From: an uncultured Chloroflexia bacterium
GTDB lineage: Bacteria > Chloroflexota > Anaerolineae > JAAYZQ01
Assembly (NCBI GenBank): GCA_963700285.1
Contig: CAVOXA010000010.1
Location: 736,001 to 800,000 of the forward strand
Reading direction: 5' to 3'
DNA: 64,000 nucleotides
The notes under the pieces were generated by a model that made no database searches, was not told where the DNA came from, and saw only the letters and a list, made by a program, of their open reading frames with translations. Positions within the stretch are counted from its first letter, which is position 1, and every line of letters begins with the position of its first letter. Positions 30,666 through 40,963 of the stretch are shown in pieces. Made by a program: the position numbers and the translations under genes.

Positions 30666-31146
30666 AGTCCCCATTCTCTGCCAAATCCACGACCTCGCCG
30701 CCGGTGATCGCTACCAATTGCTCGTAGGCTATGGGAAACACGGCATGGGCATTGCCGGCGGCTGCCCAGACCGTATCAAAGCGGCTCAGCGTCCCATCGA
30801 CAAGGGTGCGCACGGACTCGCTGTGGCCGACGGGGGGCACTCCCCCAACCTCAAATCCGGTACTCTCAAGCACCTGATCTGGGCGGGCGATGCGCAGCCG
30901 CCGCTTGCTCAGTCCCGTGTAGGTCCGTAGTTGTTGGACATCAGCCCGCTGGTCGCCCGCTACGAGCACAAGCAACGGCTTGCCATCAGCCAAAAAGATA
31001 AGCGATTTGACGATACTGCCGATCGGGGCGCCTACTGCACGGGCAGCAGCTTCCGCAGTACTGGTATCCGCTGGCAACTCTTGCACCAATCCGGCATCCA
31101 GGCCTGCGGATGTCAATGCATGTTTCACTCGCTCGACCGGATTCAT
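30664..31146 (-). CDS. YbaK/EbsC family aminoacyl-tRNA deacylase
   Basis: TAEAAA, IVKSLIF, TGFEVGGVPPVGH, VWAAAG. Confidence 0.9.
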   Translation of the reverse strand: MNPVERVKHALTSAGLDAGLVQELPADTSTAEAAARAVGAPIGSIVKSLIFLADGKPLLVLVAGDQRADVQQLRTYTGLSKRRLRIARPDQVLESTGFEVGGVPPVGHSESVRTLVDGTLSRFDTVWAAAGNAHAVFPIAYEQLVAITGGEVVDLAENGD

Positions 31147-31217
31147 GCTTGACCTCCTAAAAAGAAAGCCGAGGAGGCGCTATCGCTCCCCTCAGCCCTT
31201 CATCGCCATCGATCTGG

Positions 31218-34200
31218 CTAGTGGACGCGTTCCACGCGCACGGTGCCAGGGCTCACCAACGTCCGCAGCTTTTCCTCCAACTCTGGACAATGGCCCGTAT
31301 TGTCGTTGGGAAAGCTAATCTGGATCCGGCCCTGGCCTCCGTTCTCTACGTACAGGCTGAAACGATCCTTGCCCGGATACTGCTGCAACAGATCATGAAC
31401 CTGCCCTAACCGCTGGATGACCTGCTCCATGTTCCTGCTGCGAGGCACCAGCACATGCACGTGAACTGATCGTGCAGATTGGGGCTGGCCTGATTCACCG
31501 GCTGGGTACCCAGTAACCTCCAGCTCTGGTGGCGCCGGACCTGGCTCGTCGATGGGGTGAACTGTGGTGACCTCGTTGGTCACCGAGTCGACGATGATGC
31601 TGGGCTCTCTGCCGCGCAAGTTAACTTTGCCCCGAACCACCAGGATCCGGTCTGGCTCCCAAAGATCCTTCGTCTCTTCCCACACCCGGGGAAAGATGAC
31701 CAACTCGACGCTGCCTTGCAGATCCTCAATCTGGGCGAAAGCCATCGGATCGCCCTTCTTTGTGACGATCGGCCGCACATAGTTGACCATACCCGCGACT
31801 GTTACGTTCTTTTCGGCCATGGTCTCGTCGATCTCGCCGAGGAGTGCGGTAATGGTATTCTCCAGGTCTGCCCACACGCGGGACAGCGGATGATCAGAGA
31901 TATAGGCCCCCACCAGCTCTTTCTCCCAGCCCAAAAGCTCTTTTTGCGGCACCTCAGGCAGGAGGGGCAAGTCGGCAGCCAATCGGGTGGTGACTGCAAA
32001 GGCGGGTAGATCGAACATCGTGTACTGTTGCACAGCACCGTGAGCTTGCTGGCTGATGCTTATCATCCGATCCATGATGGCCAACAACTGAGCCCGGGTG
32101 CCAAAGGCGCCGAGAGCGCCAGCCTTAATGAGGCATTCCAAGGCCCGGCGGTTCACCTGCCGAAGGTCTATACGCTGGCAGAAATCATCGATGTTTGCAA
32201 AGGGCTCGCCAGCAGATCGCGCCGCGAGGATGGCCTCCACAGGTCCCTGCCCCACGTTCTTGATGGCTGCCAGACCGTAGCGAATGGCTGGCCCGCCAGC
32301 CCCTTTCTCTTGATCCTTTCGCACATCAGCATCTTCGATCGTGAAATCGAGTCCGCTATGGTTCACGTCAGGGGGCAGAACCTCTATGCCCAGGCGGCGC
32401 GCTTCAGCGATGAGCAGGCCGACCTTCTCGGTATTCCCTCGTTCCACGGTCAGGAGGGCGGTCATATACTCGACAGGGAAATGCGCCTTCAGGTAGGCTG
32501 TCTGGACAGTGATGATGGCATAGTCGGCGGCATGGGCCTTGTTGAAGCCATAGCGAGCAAAGTACTCGAAGGCGTCAAAGATTTGGTTGGCAGACGATTC
32601 GTCCATCCCGCTGTGTTCACTAGCACCCTGGACAAAGCTCTCACGATGCCGGACCAGTTGCTCCAATATCTTTTTGCCCACGGCCTTCCTGACCAGATCG
32701 GCGTCCCCCGGGCTATAGCCCGCGATATCGGTCAGGATACGGATGATCTGCTCCTGATAGACACAGATACCGTAAGTTTCGCCGAGGATCGGCTCTAGGG
32801 CTGGATGCACGTACTCTGGTTGTTTTTTACCATGCATGCCAGCGATATAATCATCGATGAACTCCATGGGACCGGGCCGGTACAGCGCCAGTACGGCCAC
32901 AATGTGGTCGAACTGCGTAGGCCTCATCGAGGTCAGCACGCGACGCATGCCCCCTGATTCGACCTGGAAGATGCCTGCCACCTCACCGCTGGAAAGCAAC
33001 CGGTAAGTCTCGGGGTCATCGAGAGGGATATTGCCCTGAGTAAAGACGATCCCATGGCGCTCTTTGATCAGATCCACAGCCTTGCGCAGGACGGTAAGGG
33101 TACTCAAACCTAGAAAATCGACCTTGAGCAGTCCTGTATCCTCCAGGACATCCATGGTGTACTGGGTCACCGGCAGGCCATCTTCGGATCCCCGCGTCGC
33201 GCGGTGCAAAGGGGTATACTCTACCAAGGGCAGATCGGTTACAACGACGCCGGCGGCATGCGTACTCGCGTGGCGGGAAACCCCTTCTACGACCTTGGCA
33301 GTATCGATCAACTGGCGCACATAGTCGATGCCCTCGTACATCTGGCGCAGCTCGGCCACTCCACTCAGGGCGTCATCTAGCTTGGCTCCCGGGCCACCAG
33401 GGACCAGGCGAGCCACTTTGTCCACCTCTCCCAAGGGGATATCCAGTGCCCGACCTACGTCTCGGATGGCGGCCTTGGGCCCCAGCGTCCCGAAGGTAAT
33501 GATCTGGGCCACTTTGTCAGCGCCGTACTTGCGCATGGTGTACTGGATCATCTCATCCCGACGGTCGTCCGGATAGTCCAGGTCAATATCCGGCATGGTG
33601 ACCCGGCCCGGGTTTAGAAAACGCTCAAATATCAAATCCTGGGCCAAGGGATCCAAATTGGTAATGCCCAGCCCATAGGCCACAATGCTTCCGGCTGCCG
33701 ATCCGCGGACATTCCACCACATATCCTGCTGCCTGGAAAACTCGCACAGATCCCAGACGATCAGGAAATAGACATCAAAGCCCATGCGGTGGATGATCTC
33801 CAATTCATAGTCCATGCGGCTTTGGACCTGCTCGGAATCAAAGGCGTCACCATAAAGCGTGCGCAGGCCAGACTCGGTCAAATGGCGCAAATAGGTCTCT
33901 GGCGTGTAGCCCACCGGGATATCCAGTTCCGGAAGATGAAAACCAGTCGGGTCGAGATTAACGTTGCATCGCTCGGCAATCAACAGGGTATTCTGCAATG
34001 CGTCAGGCAGACCCGGGAACAGACCGGCCATCTCCTCCAAGGGTCGCAAATAATAGCTGTCGTTGTTCATCCGCATCCGCGACGGATCGGTCATCGTCTT
34101 GCCCGTCTGGATGGAGAGCAACACCTCGTGGGCATAGGCTTGCTCCCGCCTGGCATAGTGCGCATCGTTGGTGGCAACCAGGGGGATCCCAGTCTCCCGA

Positions 34201-34781
34201 CTAAGGTCCACGAGCGCCCGATTGACCGGCTCCATCTCGGGGATGTCGTGCTCCTGAAGCTCCAGAAAGTAACTCTCGGGACCAAAAACGTCACGATACC
34301 ATTCGGCCGCCTTGCGAGCACGCTGGGGCCGATTCTGCTGGAGCAAGCGCGGGACCTCACCGGAGCCGCAGGAGGAGAGGGCAATGAGGCCCTCGGCATG
34401 ATCGGCCAGGAACTCTTTGTCCACTCGGGGTTTGTAGTAGAAACCCTCGAGTTGGGCCGTCGTCGCGATCTGCATCAGATTGTGATAGCCGGTCTGGTTC
34501 TCTGCCAGCAGCACCAGGTGCGTGGACTTGGCATCGCGTTTGACATCCTTCTGTGCCATGCGCCGGGGAGATATATAGATCTCGCAGCCCACTATCGGCT
34601 TGATGCCTGCTTTTTTGGCCGCGTGGTAGAAAGCCAGGATGCCGAACATGACGCCGTGATCGGTCAATGCCAGGGCCGGCATCCCCATCTCGGCCGCTGC
34701 CTGGGCGAGCGCGTCTACCTTGCTCAGCCCGTCGAGCAACGAGTAATCACTATGTACGTGCAAGTGAACGAAATCAGCCAT
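31218..34781 (-). CDS. dnaE: DNA polymerase III alpha subunit
   Basis: FVHLHVHSDYSLLDG, ALTDHG, RGSAAGS, FERFLNP.R..MPDIDLD, HAAG, YGFNKAH, C-terminal OB fold; no intein. Confidence 0.97.
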   Translation of the reverse strand: MADFVHLHVHSDYSLLDGLSKVDALAQAAAEMGMPALALTDHGVMFGILAFYHAAKKAGIKPIVGCEIYISPRRMAQKDVKRDAKSTHLVLLAENQTGYHNLMQIATTAQLEGFYYKPRVDKEFLADHAEGLIALSSCGSGEVPRLLQQNRPQRARKAAEWYRDVFGPESYFLELQEHDIPEMEPVNRALVDLSRETGIPLVATNDAHYARREQAYAHEVLLSIQTGKTMTDPSRMRMNNDSYYLRPLEEMAGLFPGLPDALQNTLLIAERCNVNLDPTGFHLPELDIPVGYTPETYLRHLTESGLRTLYGDAFDSEQVQSRMDYELEIIHRMGFDVYFLIVWDLCEFSRQQDMWWNVRGSAAGSIVAYGLGITNLDPLAQDLIFERFLNPGRVTMPDIDLDYPDDRRDEMIQYTMRKYGADKVAQIITFGTLGPKAAIRDVGRALDIPLGEVDKVARLVPGGPGAKLDDALSGVAELRQMYEGIDYVRQLIDTAKVVEGVSRHASTHAAGVVVTDLPLVEYTPLHRATRGSEDGLPVTQYTMDVLEDTGLLKVDFLGLSTLTVLRKAVDLIKERHGIVFTQGNIPLDDPETYRLLSSGEVAGIFQVESGGMRRVLTSMRPTQFDHIVAVLALYRPGPMEFIDDYIAGMHGKKQPEYVHPALEPILGETYGICVYQEQIIRILTDIAGYSPGDADLVRKAVGKKILEQLVRHRESFVQGASEHSGMDESSANQIFDAFEYFARYGFNKAHAADYAIITVQTAYLKAHFPVEYMTALLTVERGNTEKVGLLIAEARRLGIEVLPPDVNHSGLDFTIEDADVRKDQEKGAGGPAIRYGLAAIKNVGQGPVEAILAARSAGEPFANIDDFCQRIDLRQVNRRALECLIKAGALGAFGTRAQLLAIMDRMISISQQAHGAVQQYTMFDLPAFAVTTRLAADLPLLPEVPQKELLGWEKELVGAYISDHPLSRVWADLENTITALLGEIDETMAEKNVTVAGMVNYVRPIVTKKGDPMAFAQIEDLQGSVELVIFPRVWEETKDLWEPDRILVVRGKVNLRGREPSIIVDSVTNEVTTVHPIDEPGPAPPELEVTGYPAGESGQPQSARSVHVHVLVPRSRNMEQVIQRLGQVHDLLQQYPGKDRFSLYVENGGQGRIQISFPNDNTGHCPELEEKLRTLVSPGTVRVERVH

Positions 34782-34913
34782 CGTGCTCTGTCCTGAGAGT
34801 CTAGAAGCATTGCCGGTAGACCAAAGTACCCGCTTCAATACCTTTGTTCCTGGCGTTCCTGCGCAAATCGGGGCGCTGAGTCGCCCGCTAAGAACCTTCG
34901 TTGCAGTTCATTG

Positions 34914-34942
34914 ATTATACCACATCCCCCTGCATTCGTGAA
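34914..34942 (-). promoter_or_regulatory. sigma70-type promoter of dnaE
   Basis: Minus strand TTCACG-17bp-TATAAT. Confidence 0.5.
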
Positions 34943-35054
34943 GAGGGTATGACTGCCGCGAAAGTGATTTTAATCTAGAAATCAACCAGTTTCTGTCGAT
35001 CTATGCCGGTCTATGACAGAGTTCTGATCGAGGTACAATCGGGCCAATCTGCTA

Positions 35055-36134
35055 TTAGTCTTGGGCAACCAGCTCTATCTCAAACATCTTGGGCCACAGC
35101 TTGCCCGTGACAAACAACCGGTCATTCTCCTCGTCGTAGGCAATACCGTTGAGGACATCAACCGGTTGGCTGAGGTCTTCGGGGCTCAGCAAGCCAGCAA
35201 GATCTATCACGCCTGTCACTTCACCGGTCTTGGGATCGATCCGGACCACCACATTCGTTTTCCAGACATTGGCATAAACCTCTCCTTGAACGTACTCGAG
35301 CTCGTTCAAGGCCCTCACCGGTTCTCCAAGATAGGTGACCTGCACCTGGCCGGTCTCCTGCTGGCTCTCGGGATCCAGAAAATACAGGGTTGACGTACCA
35401 TCGCTCATCATCAGGTTCTGTTCATCGTGTGTCAGGCCCCAGCCCTGAGTGGGGTAGTGAAAGCTGCCGAGAAGCTCAAGGCTGGCCCTGTCATAGATGA
35501 AGCCGATGTTCGACTGCCAGGTCAACTGGTATATGCGGTCACCAACCACCGCAATCCCCTCGCCAAAGAACTGTTCTGGGAGTGCCCGCAGTTTCTGGAC
35601 CTGCCCGGACTCTAGGTCAACTTGGCGCAGCGTAGAATATCCACGACGCCCTGTCCCTTCATACAGTACGCCGTCCACGAAGGCCAGGCCCTGGGTAAAA
35701 GCATCGCGATCGTGGGGGTAGGTGTTGACAACCCGGTACGTGTAGATCGGAACCAACTCTTGCCCCGACGGATCTTTCGCCTGGTCCGGAGTTGGGGGCG
35801 GTGTGAAAGTCGGCGTCAGCGAAGGTAAACTTGTTGGAGATGGAGACGGCATGCTGCTCGGCGTTAGCGAAGGTAAACTTGTTGGGGATGGAGACGGTAT
35901 GCTGCTCGGCGTCAGCGAAGGTACGCTGGTTAGGGTTAAAGACGGTGTCCCGCTGGGAGTCGAAGACGACACAGCGCCGGGGCTGGCAGCCAATGTACGG
36001 CTTGGGATTGGGGAAGGCGTCTCGATTATGCCAGGTTGAGCCCCTGCCAAGGGGGCCGTGGCGCACGAACAGACAAAAGCTAGCATCAGCAGTGTCAGGA
36101 GAGCTGCGGTGCAACGTCTGAAACAGAACCTCAT
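35055..36134 (-). CDS. Glutaminyl-peptide cyclotransferase, exported/lipoprotein, with S/T/P linker
   Basis: YPHD..AFTQGL, FFGEG, QLTW, GWGL, SDGT, LNELE, ANVW, VLNGIAYD, VTGKLWP. Confidence 0.92.
   Translation of the reverse strand: MRFCFRRCTAALLTLLMLAFVCSCATAPLAGAQPGIIETPSPIPSRTLAASPGAVSSSTPSGTPSLTLTSVPSLTPSSIPSPSPTSLPSLTPSSMPSPSPTSLPSLTPTFTPPPTPDQAKDPSGQELVPIYTYRVVNTYPHDRDAFTQGLAFVDGVLYEGTGRRGYSTLRQVDLESGQVQKLRALPEQFFGEGIAVVGDRIYQLTWQSNIGFIYDRASLELLGSFHYPTQGWGLTHDEQNLMMSDGTSTLYFLDPESQQETGQVQVTYLGEPVRALNELEYVQGEVYANVWKTNVVVRIDPKTGEVTGVIDLAGLLSPEDLSQPVDVLNGIAYDEENDRLFVTGKLWPKMFEIELVAQD
35811..35923. repeat. 48-bp tandem repeat (about 2.3 copies) encoding the SLTPSS(I/M)PSPSPTSLP linker
   Basis: CGGCGT(C/T)AGCGAAGGTAAACTTGTTGG(A/G)GATGGAGACGG(C/T)ATGCTGCT repeated. 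Confidence 0.9.
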
Positions 36135-36505
36135 CGAATCACCATATGATAGCCGAGCCTATCCCAACGGAGATCCACTCCTCGTACCTAACGCCAGAAC
36201 TGCGAACAATGCCGCCATTATATCTGCAAAAGGTCGCTGTGTCACCTCGCAGAGATGCTCCTGCAACAGTTCTCGGTATGAGGTCAGATCTTTTGGGTCT
36301 CAGCCCATCCAGCAAGCCCCGATCGACCAGAGCCAAAGCATGGCGTATTTCCTGCCCCATCGGAGGATGCGTCCAAAGTTGACGGATGAAGCAGGATCAG
36401 GTATCATCAAGCTTCGATCAGCAGCCCTCAGGGCGAAGCCTTGCCTGTGTCATACCAAACCATGAGGAGACTGGAAAGCCAAACGCGCGCGTTCTCGAGT
36501 CACCA

Positions 36506-37402
36506 ATGATCCAATTCCTGTACACGAACATCTATGGTCTGCTAAGAACCTTTCGTCCCCGGCAGTGGATAAAAAACGGGCTGGTCTTCATGGCCTTGCT
36601 TTTTGACCAGAAGCTGACCGACTGGCCCCTCCTGCTCAGAACAACGCTGGCTTTCATCCTATTCTGCATGGTGTCCAGCACCGTATACATCATCAACGAC
36701 CTGGTCGACATCGAAAAAGACAAGGTGCATCCCAAGAAAAAGAACCGGGCGCTGCCAAAGGGCCAGTTGAAGCCCTGGTTCGCCATTCTAGCGGCGGTAG
36801 GCCTCCTGGCCGTCAGCTTACCGGTGTCCTTCTGGCTGGATCCCTTCTTTGGCCTCATCATCATCACCTACTTGTTGCTGAACCTGGCCTATTCCTTCTT
36901 CCTCAAGAACGTGGTCATCGTCGACGTGATGGTCCTCTCCTCCTTCTTTGTCCTGCGCGTAGCAGCTGGCGTGATTGTGGCCGAGGCCGAGCGCTTTTCG
37001 CCGTGGCTATACGTCTGTACTATCTTTCTGGCCCTCTTTTTGGCCATCGGCAAGCGACGCCACGAGCTCGTCTTCTTGGCCGAACATGCGAACAGCCACC
37101 GCAAGAGCCTGAACGACTATACTCTGCCTCTGCTGGACAGCATGATTCAGGTCGTCACAACCAGCGCCATCATTGCCTATTCGCTCTATACCTTTTCGGC
37201 CGAGAATCTACCTGCGAATAACTCCATGATGCTCACCATTCCCTTTGTCATCTACTTTGTCTTCCGCTATCAGTTCCTGGTCCACGTCAGAGGGGAGGGT
37301 GGCGCGCCCGAGATGTTGCTCTATACCGACCGGCCACTCCTGCTGGACGTCGTCCTGTGGGGCCTCGCCGTCGTCCTCGTCTTGTACGTCTTTAATCCTT
37401 GA
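36506..37402 (+). CDS. Decaprenyl-phosphate phosphoribosyltransferase (UbiA family)
   Basis: RPRQWIKN, YIINDLVDIEKDKVHPKKKNR, YSFFLK, KRRHE, RYQFLV...GGAPE. Confidence 0.88.
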   Translation: MIQFLYTNIYGLLRTFRPRQWIKNGLVFMALLFDQKLTDWPLLLRTTLAFILFCMVSSTVYIINDLVDIEKDKVHPKKKNRALPKGQLKPWFAILAAVGLLAVSLPVSFWLDPFFGLIIITYLLLNLAYSFFLKNVVIVDVMVLSSFFVLRVAAGVIVAEAERFSPWLYVCTIFLALFLAIGKRRHELVFLAEHANSHRKSLNDYTLPLLDSMIQVVTTSAIIAYSLYTFSAENLPANNSMMLTIPFVIYFVFRYQFLVHVRGEGGAPEMLLYTDRPLLLDVVLWGLAVVLVLYVFNP

Positions 37403-37490
37403 TCGGGTGCTGCCAGTAGGTTTGAGGTTCAGAAACGGAGCAGAGATCTGGGGGGTCGATCTGCGAGGGATACTACTACTCTGCTATGAT

Positions 37491-37540
37491 AAAGACCTAC
37501 GGGGCTGCGAACCAAAGGATCCGCAGCCCCGTAGGTCTTT
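37491..37540. terminator. 19-bp perfect inverted repeat, bidirectional terminator or REP-like
   Basis: AAAGACCTACGGGGCTGCG-12nt-CGCAGCCCCGTAGGTCTTT between convergent genes. Confidence 0.75.
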
Positions 37541-37551
37541 GCCTGTCGCGA

Positions 37552-38727
37552 CTAGCGGCTTTTCTTGATTACCGCGAGCAAATCACTGCCAAACTCCTCC
37601 ACCTGCCAGGGCGCCAGCAAGCCATCGCTGGCCAGGTCAGCGGGCGTGCTTGGGTTGTTCATCGCCACCGACCACAAAGCCTGGTTGGTCAGGACAATAT
37701 CGGGCTCGACGCCCCGGGTTGAGGCTGTCGTGTTGCGCCAGGTACGCAGCGCATCAAAACGGGCCTGGGAGGCTGCGGAGGGCCGTCCCCCTGAGCCCCC
37801 GTTGGATCCGTTGACCGGGCGCGGCCGCTCACTCCAGGCAAGAGATTCCGCGCTCCCCCGGCGGATGGCGGCCAGCATTCCCCCCCCGTACTTGCGGACC
37901 ATGCGCTGAGAGACGCCCTTGATCTCTACCAATTCCTTCGAATCCTGAGGTTGTCGCTCGCTCAATTCTACCATCGTTCTGTTGGAAAAGACCTTAAAGG
38001 GCGGGCGATTTTCGGACCGGGCCCGATCTTCGCGGTAGAGATAGAGCTGGCGGAGGACGCCTCTGCCCGCGTCGTCCAGGTTCCTCACCCCTGGCAATCG
38101 CCAGAAGCCATCTGGATCAAAGTCCTTCTGTTCCCTGCGGGCCTTGGTCAATTTTTGGAAGCGGTACTGGGCCTGGGGCCACCTCCCGCTGCTCTCAATC
38201 TCCTGGGCCTGGATGTCGTGCAGCGCGAGCAGATAGTGCGTGTCTAGGCGCGCATAGTCCAGTTGCTCTGGTGGAAGGGGACGACGACCCCAATCGGCCC
38301 GCTGATACTTTTTGTTTAGGCTTACCCCAAAGTGGTCCTTCAGTAGGGCTGCCAGACCATGAGCCGGCCAGCCCAGAATGCGGCTGGCCCACATGGTATC
38401 AAAGAGGTTCTTCAGTGTGAACCCATAGTCCCGTTGCAGGACGCTCAGGTCGTACTCAGCGCCGTGGAGGACCTTGAGTACCTGTCGATCAGCGAGTACC
38501 GGTCCGAGGCCAGAGAGATCGGCCAAGGCCAGCGGATCGACCAGGTAGTCGTTTCCCGGTACCGAGACCTGGATCAAACACACTTGTTCCTGATAAGCAT
38601 ACAAGCTGTTCGATTCAGTATCTACCGCGAGCGCCGGCTCTCCCCGAAGGCGGGCCAACATCGTACGAAAACCTGCTGGCGAATCGACCCAGATAGGCGG
38701 CGCCAAACCTTGTACCTGATTCATCAT
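37552..38727 (-). CDS. rnd: Ribonuclease D (3'-5' exonuclease plus two HRDC domains)
   Basis: AVDTE, CLIQ, KVLHGAEYD, LFDT, QRADW.RRPL..EQLDYARLD; two HRDC domains. Confidence 0.9.
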   Translation of the reverse strand: MMNQVQGLAPPIWVDSPAGFRTMLARLRGEPALAVDTESNSLYAYQEQVCLIQVSVPGNDYLVDPLALADLSGLGPVLADRQVLKVLHGAEYDLSVLQRDYGFTLKNLFDTMWASRILGWPAHGLAALLKDHFGVSLNKKYQRADWGRRPLPPEQLDYARLDTHYLLALHDIQAQEIESSGRWPQAQYRFQKLTKARREQKDFDPDGFWRLPGVRNLDDAGRGVLRQLYLYREDRARSENRPPFKVFSNRTMVELSERQPQDSKELVEIKGVSQRMVRKYGGGMLAAIRRGSAESLAWSERPRPVNGSNGGSGGRPSAASQARFDALRTWRNTTASTRGVEPDIVLTNQALWSVAMNNPSTPADLASDGLLAPWQVEEFGSDLLAVIKKSR

Positions 38728-38759
38728 GAGTAGATTCTACCAAGGAATGGCCAAATGGG

Positions 38760-40158
38760 CAAGAAGCCGGCCTGCTCGGTCCCGAGGCCTGGAGCCAGGC
38801 CCAGGTCTGTCCGGACGGCATGCTCCTCCATGCCGCTTCCCGGATGCGCTGTGCTTCCGTGCAGGAGAGCTGTTACCAACCTACGAGCCCCGACAACCCG
38901 CGCCCTTGCCCGGCCAAGGAGAAAGAGCGCCGGGGCTGTAATTGTGACACCTTGGCCTGTGTCGATGCCTGCCGCCACGCCACGCCTCGGGATGCGGAAG
39001 CTCGTTTTGTCTGGTACAGTGGCTCCAATCAAGCCAAGTCCAGTCCCAATCGGTCCACCGATCCCGCGAAAAAGGACAAGAAGCAAGACGGGAAACCTTG
39101 CTACGGCTATCGCAGTTTGCCTTTACTCTTGGCAGATCCCAGCCGCCGCTTCCACCTCCCTTTGCTTGCGGATTTCCTGGCTGCCAACGAGCGGGAAGAA
39201 GTTCCAGGCACAGCTCTCCTGCTGCAGTTGCCTCTTTTCTATCCTGACTTGCACCTTGATGCGGTCGCAGGTGATGCGGGCTTTGGCTACGACGTGTTCT
39301 TGCACACCATCTACACCCTTGGCGCCAAACGCGTTGTCGATCTGCGGGCCCACACCACCGACGAAAACAAGGCTGAGTGGCCTGTTCGCGGCTATGACGA
39401 CTGCGGCCGCCCCATTTGCCCCTTCGGTTACGCCTTCACCGCCAACGGCTTCGATACCAGCCGCCAACGATACAAGTGGTTCTGTGGTCAGGCTTGTCTC
39501 CACGGCACTGAGCCCCGAGTTTCCTTGGACGGGGTCATCTACCCGCCCCACGAGTGTCCTCGCCAAGCGTCTACCTCTCTCTATGGCAAAATCCTCAACC
39601 TGGGAGAACGTTTCGCCAATGGTTCCATCCGCTTGGTGCGCGACTTGCCTGTTGGCTCAACTGCCTGGAAGCGTCTCTACCATCGAGCCCGGAACGCTTC
39701 CGAAGCCCGCAATGCCACTTTCGAGCACTGGAACCTCAAGCGCTTGCCGGTGTATGGCGGACTGCGGGGCAAAGCCTTTGCCTACCTGGCTGATACCTGG
39801 GCTACCTTGACCACTCTGGCCCGTCTCGTGCGTGAGGCCACCTTCGCCACCGTAGGCGCCTGAGCGCGGCCTGCCTATCACACTGTACGCCTCGTGGACG
39901 CCTCTCCACGTGGCGCGCTGCCCCCTGCTTGCTCATCGCTTGCCCCTCTTCCAGGAGCAGCTCCCCAGGCCGCAAACCCGTTCCACAGCCTTCTCTGTTG
40001 CCTTTTCAAGACCCTGGAAGGTTGTCGGAATCCTCTATCCTGGCCCGCAACTTGCTTCTGCTTCGTTTCGACCTGCCCTGGCCGGCCCTTCCCAAGCTAT
40101 CAACCCCACCCATACCCCTCAGAGCCCCATTCAAGGCACCTTCTACTTCGAATACCCG
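38760..40158 (+). mobile_element. 5'-truncated IS: DDE transposase C-terminal ~365 aa (to 39863) plus 3' flank
   Basis: CPDGML, YGYRS, ANERE, VAGDAGFGYD, LYHRARNASEARN motifs; no proper start; right boundary approximate. Confidence 0.65.
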
Positions 40159-40652
40159 TTGGGGGTTAATGGGACGCAGAGCAGACTCAGCCGGGAGAAC
40201 ACACACACCTACCCATTTAGCCTGATGTTGGTCACGGACAGGGGCAACCCCTGCTTGTCCGTGACAAGTGCTATCGACAAGGGGGTATGTATGGATGTGA
40301 CACTGACCTATCACGTGTCGCTGCCAGGCCATGTGGATCCGGTGAACACTGGATCCAGAAAGGTCCAGTGTTGGAGGCTGGACCTTTCTTGTCCATGCAG
40401 ACAGAAAGTGCACCGTGGATAGCGATCTGTGCCCCCATTGTCCACAGCGGTAGCTGTCATCCAGGAATGGCTGTGCAGCGGCCTGGGCCCGGAGCTCTAC
40501 ATGTTTGACCGGCTGAGCTGCCTGGATGCCGGGGTACGCTGCGGCGGTTAGGGCCAGGCCTTCTTCAAAATCTATCCGGTACGCCTTCAAGAGGGTGGGG
40601 AAACACCAGGCTGAACATGCTCGATCAGCCAGTCAGCTAGCAGAGACCACAT

Positions 40653-40961
40653 TCACTTATTGCTTGCCTCATATTCTGTATCGATGTCCAGACGGGAGCC
40701 CCTCGCAGCTCCTACAGCAAGTTGATCACAGGTTTTGTTCTCATGGTTCCCTGTATGACCCCTCACCCGTTTGAACTCGACTTCGTGCTGCTTGCACAGA
40801 TAGACCAGTTGCTCCCCCAGATCTGAATTCTTGACCCGTTGCCCCCCGCTTAGCTGCCATCCTTTGGCTTGCCATCGTTCTGCCCATCCGTGGTTCATGC
40901 CATTTACAACATAAGTCAAATCACCAAAGAGAATAACCGAGCACCTGTACTTGAGCGCCCT
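40653..40961 (-). pseudogene. rnhA: Ribonuclease HI C-terminal fragment
   Basis: ALKYRCSVILFGDLTYVVNG...W...GW...VKNSDL...EF..VRGHTG..EN..CDQLA; N-terminus missing at the IS junction. Confidence 0.85.
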
Positions 40962-40963
40962 CT

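Noticed and set aside
33789-34796. 335-aa plus-strand ORF
   Set aside because: Antisense shadow of dnaE
34892-34903. GAAC-CTTC-GTTG as a LexA box upstream of dnaE
   Set aside because: Mismatch to GAAC-N4-GTTC; this DnaE has an intact PHP motif and no imuAB context, consistent with the replicative enzyme
35811-35923. Tandem repeats as a possible CRISPR array (also 11961 and 63541)
   Set aside because: No unique spacers, unit lengths are multiples of 3 inside CDSs, and no cas genes are present
40150-40250. Resemblance to a c-di-GMP-I riboswitch (GGGACGCAGAGC; GGTCACGGACAGGGGCAACC)
   Set aside because: Motifs are in the wrong order and the GGCAAAC/GAAA tetraloop-receptor architecture is absent
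40006-40590. 194-aa minus-strand ORF
   Set aside because: Crosses the hairpin cluster and IS flank; no recognisable motif or RBS
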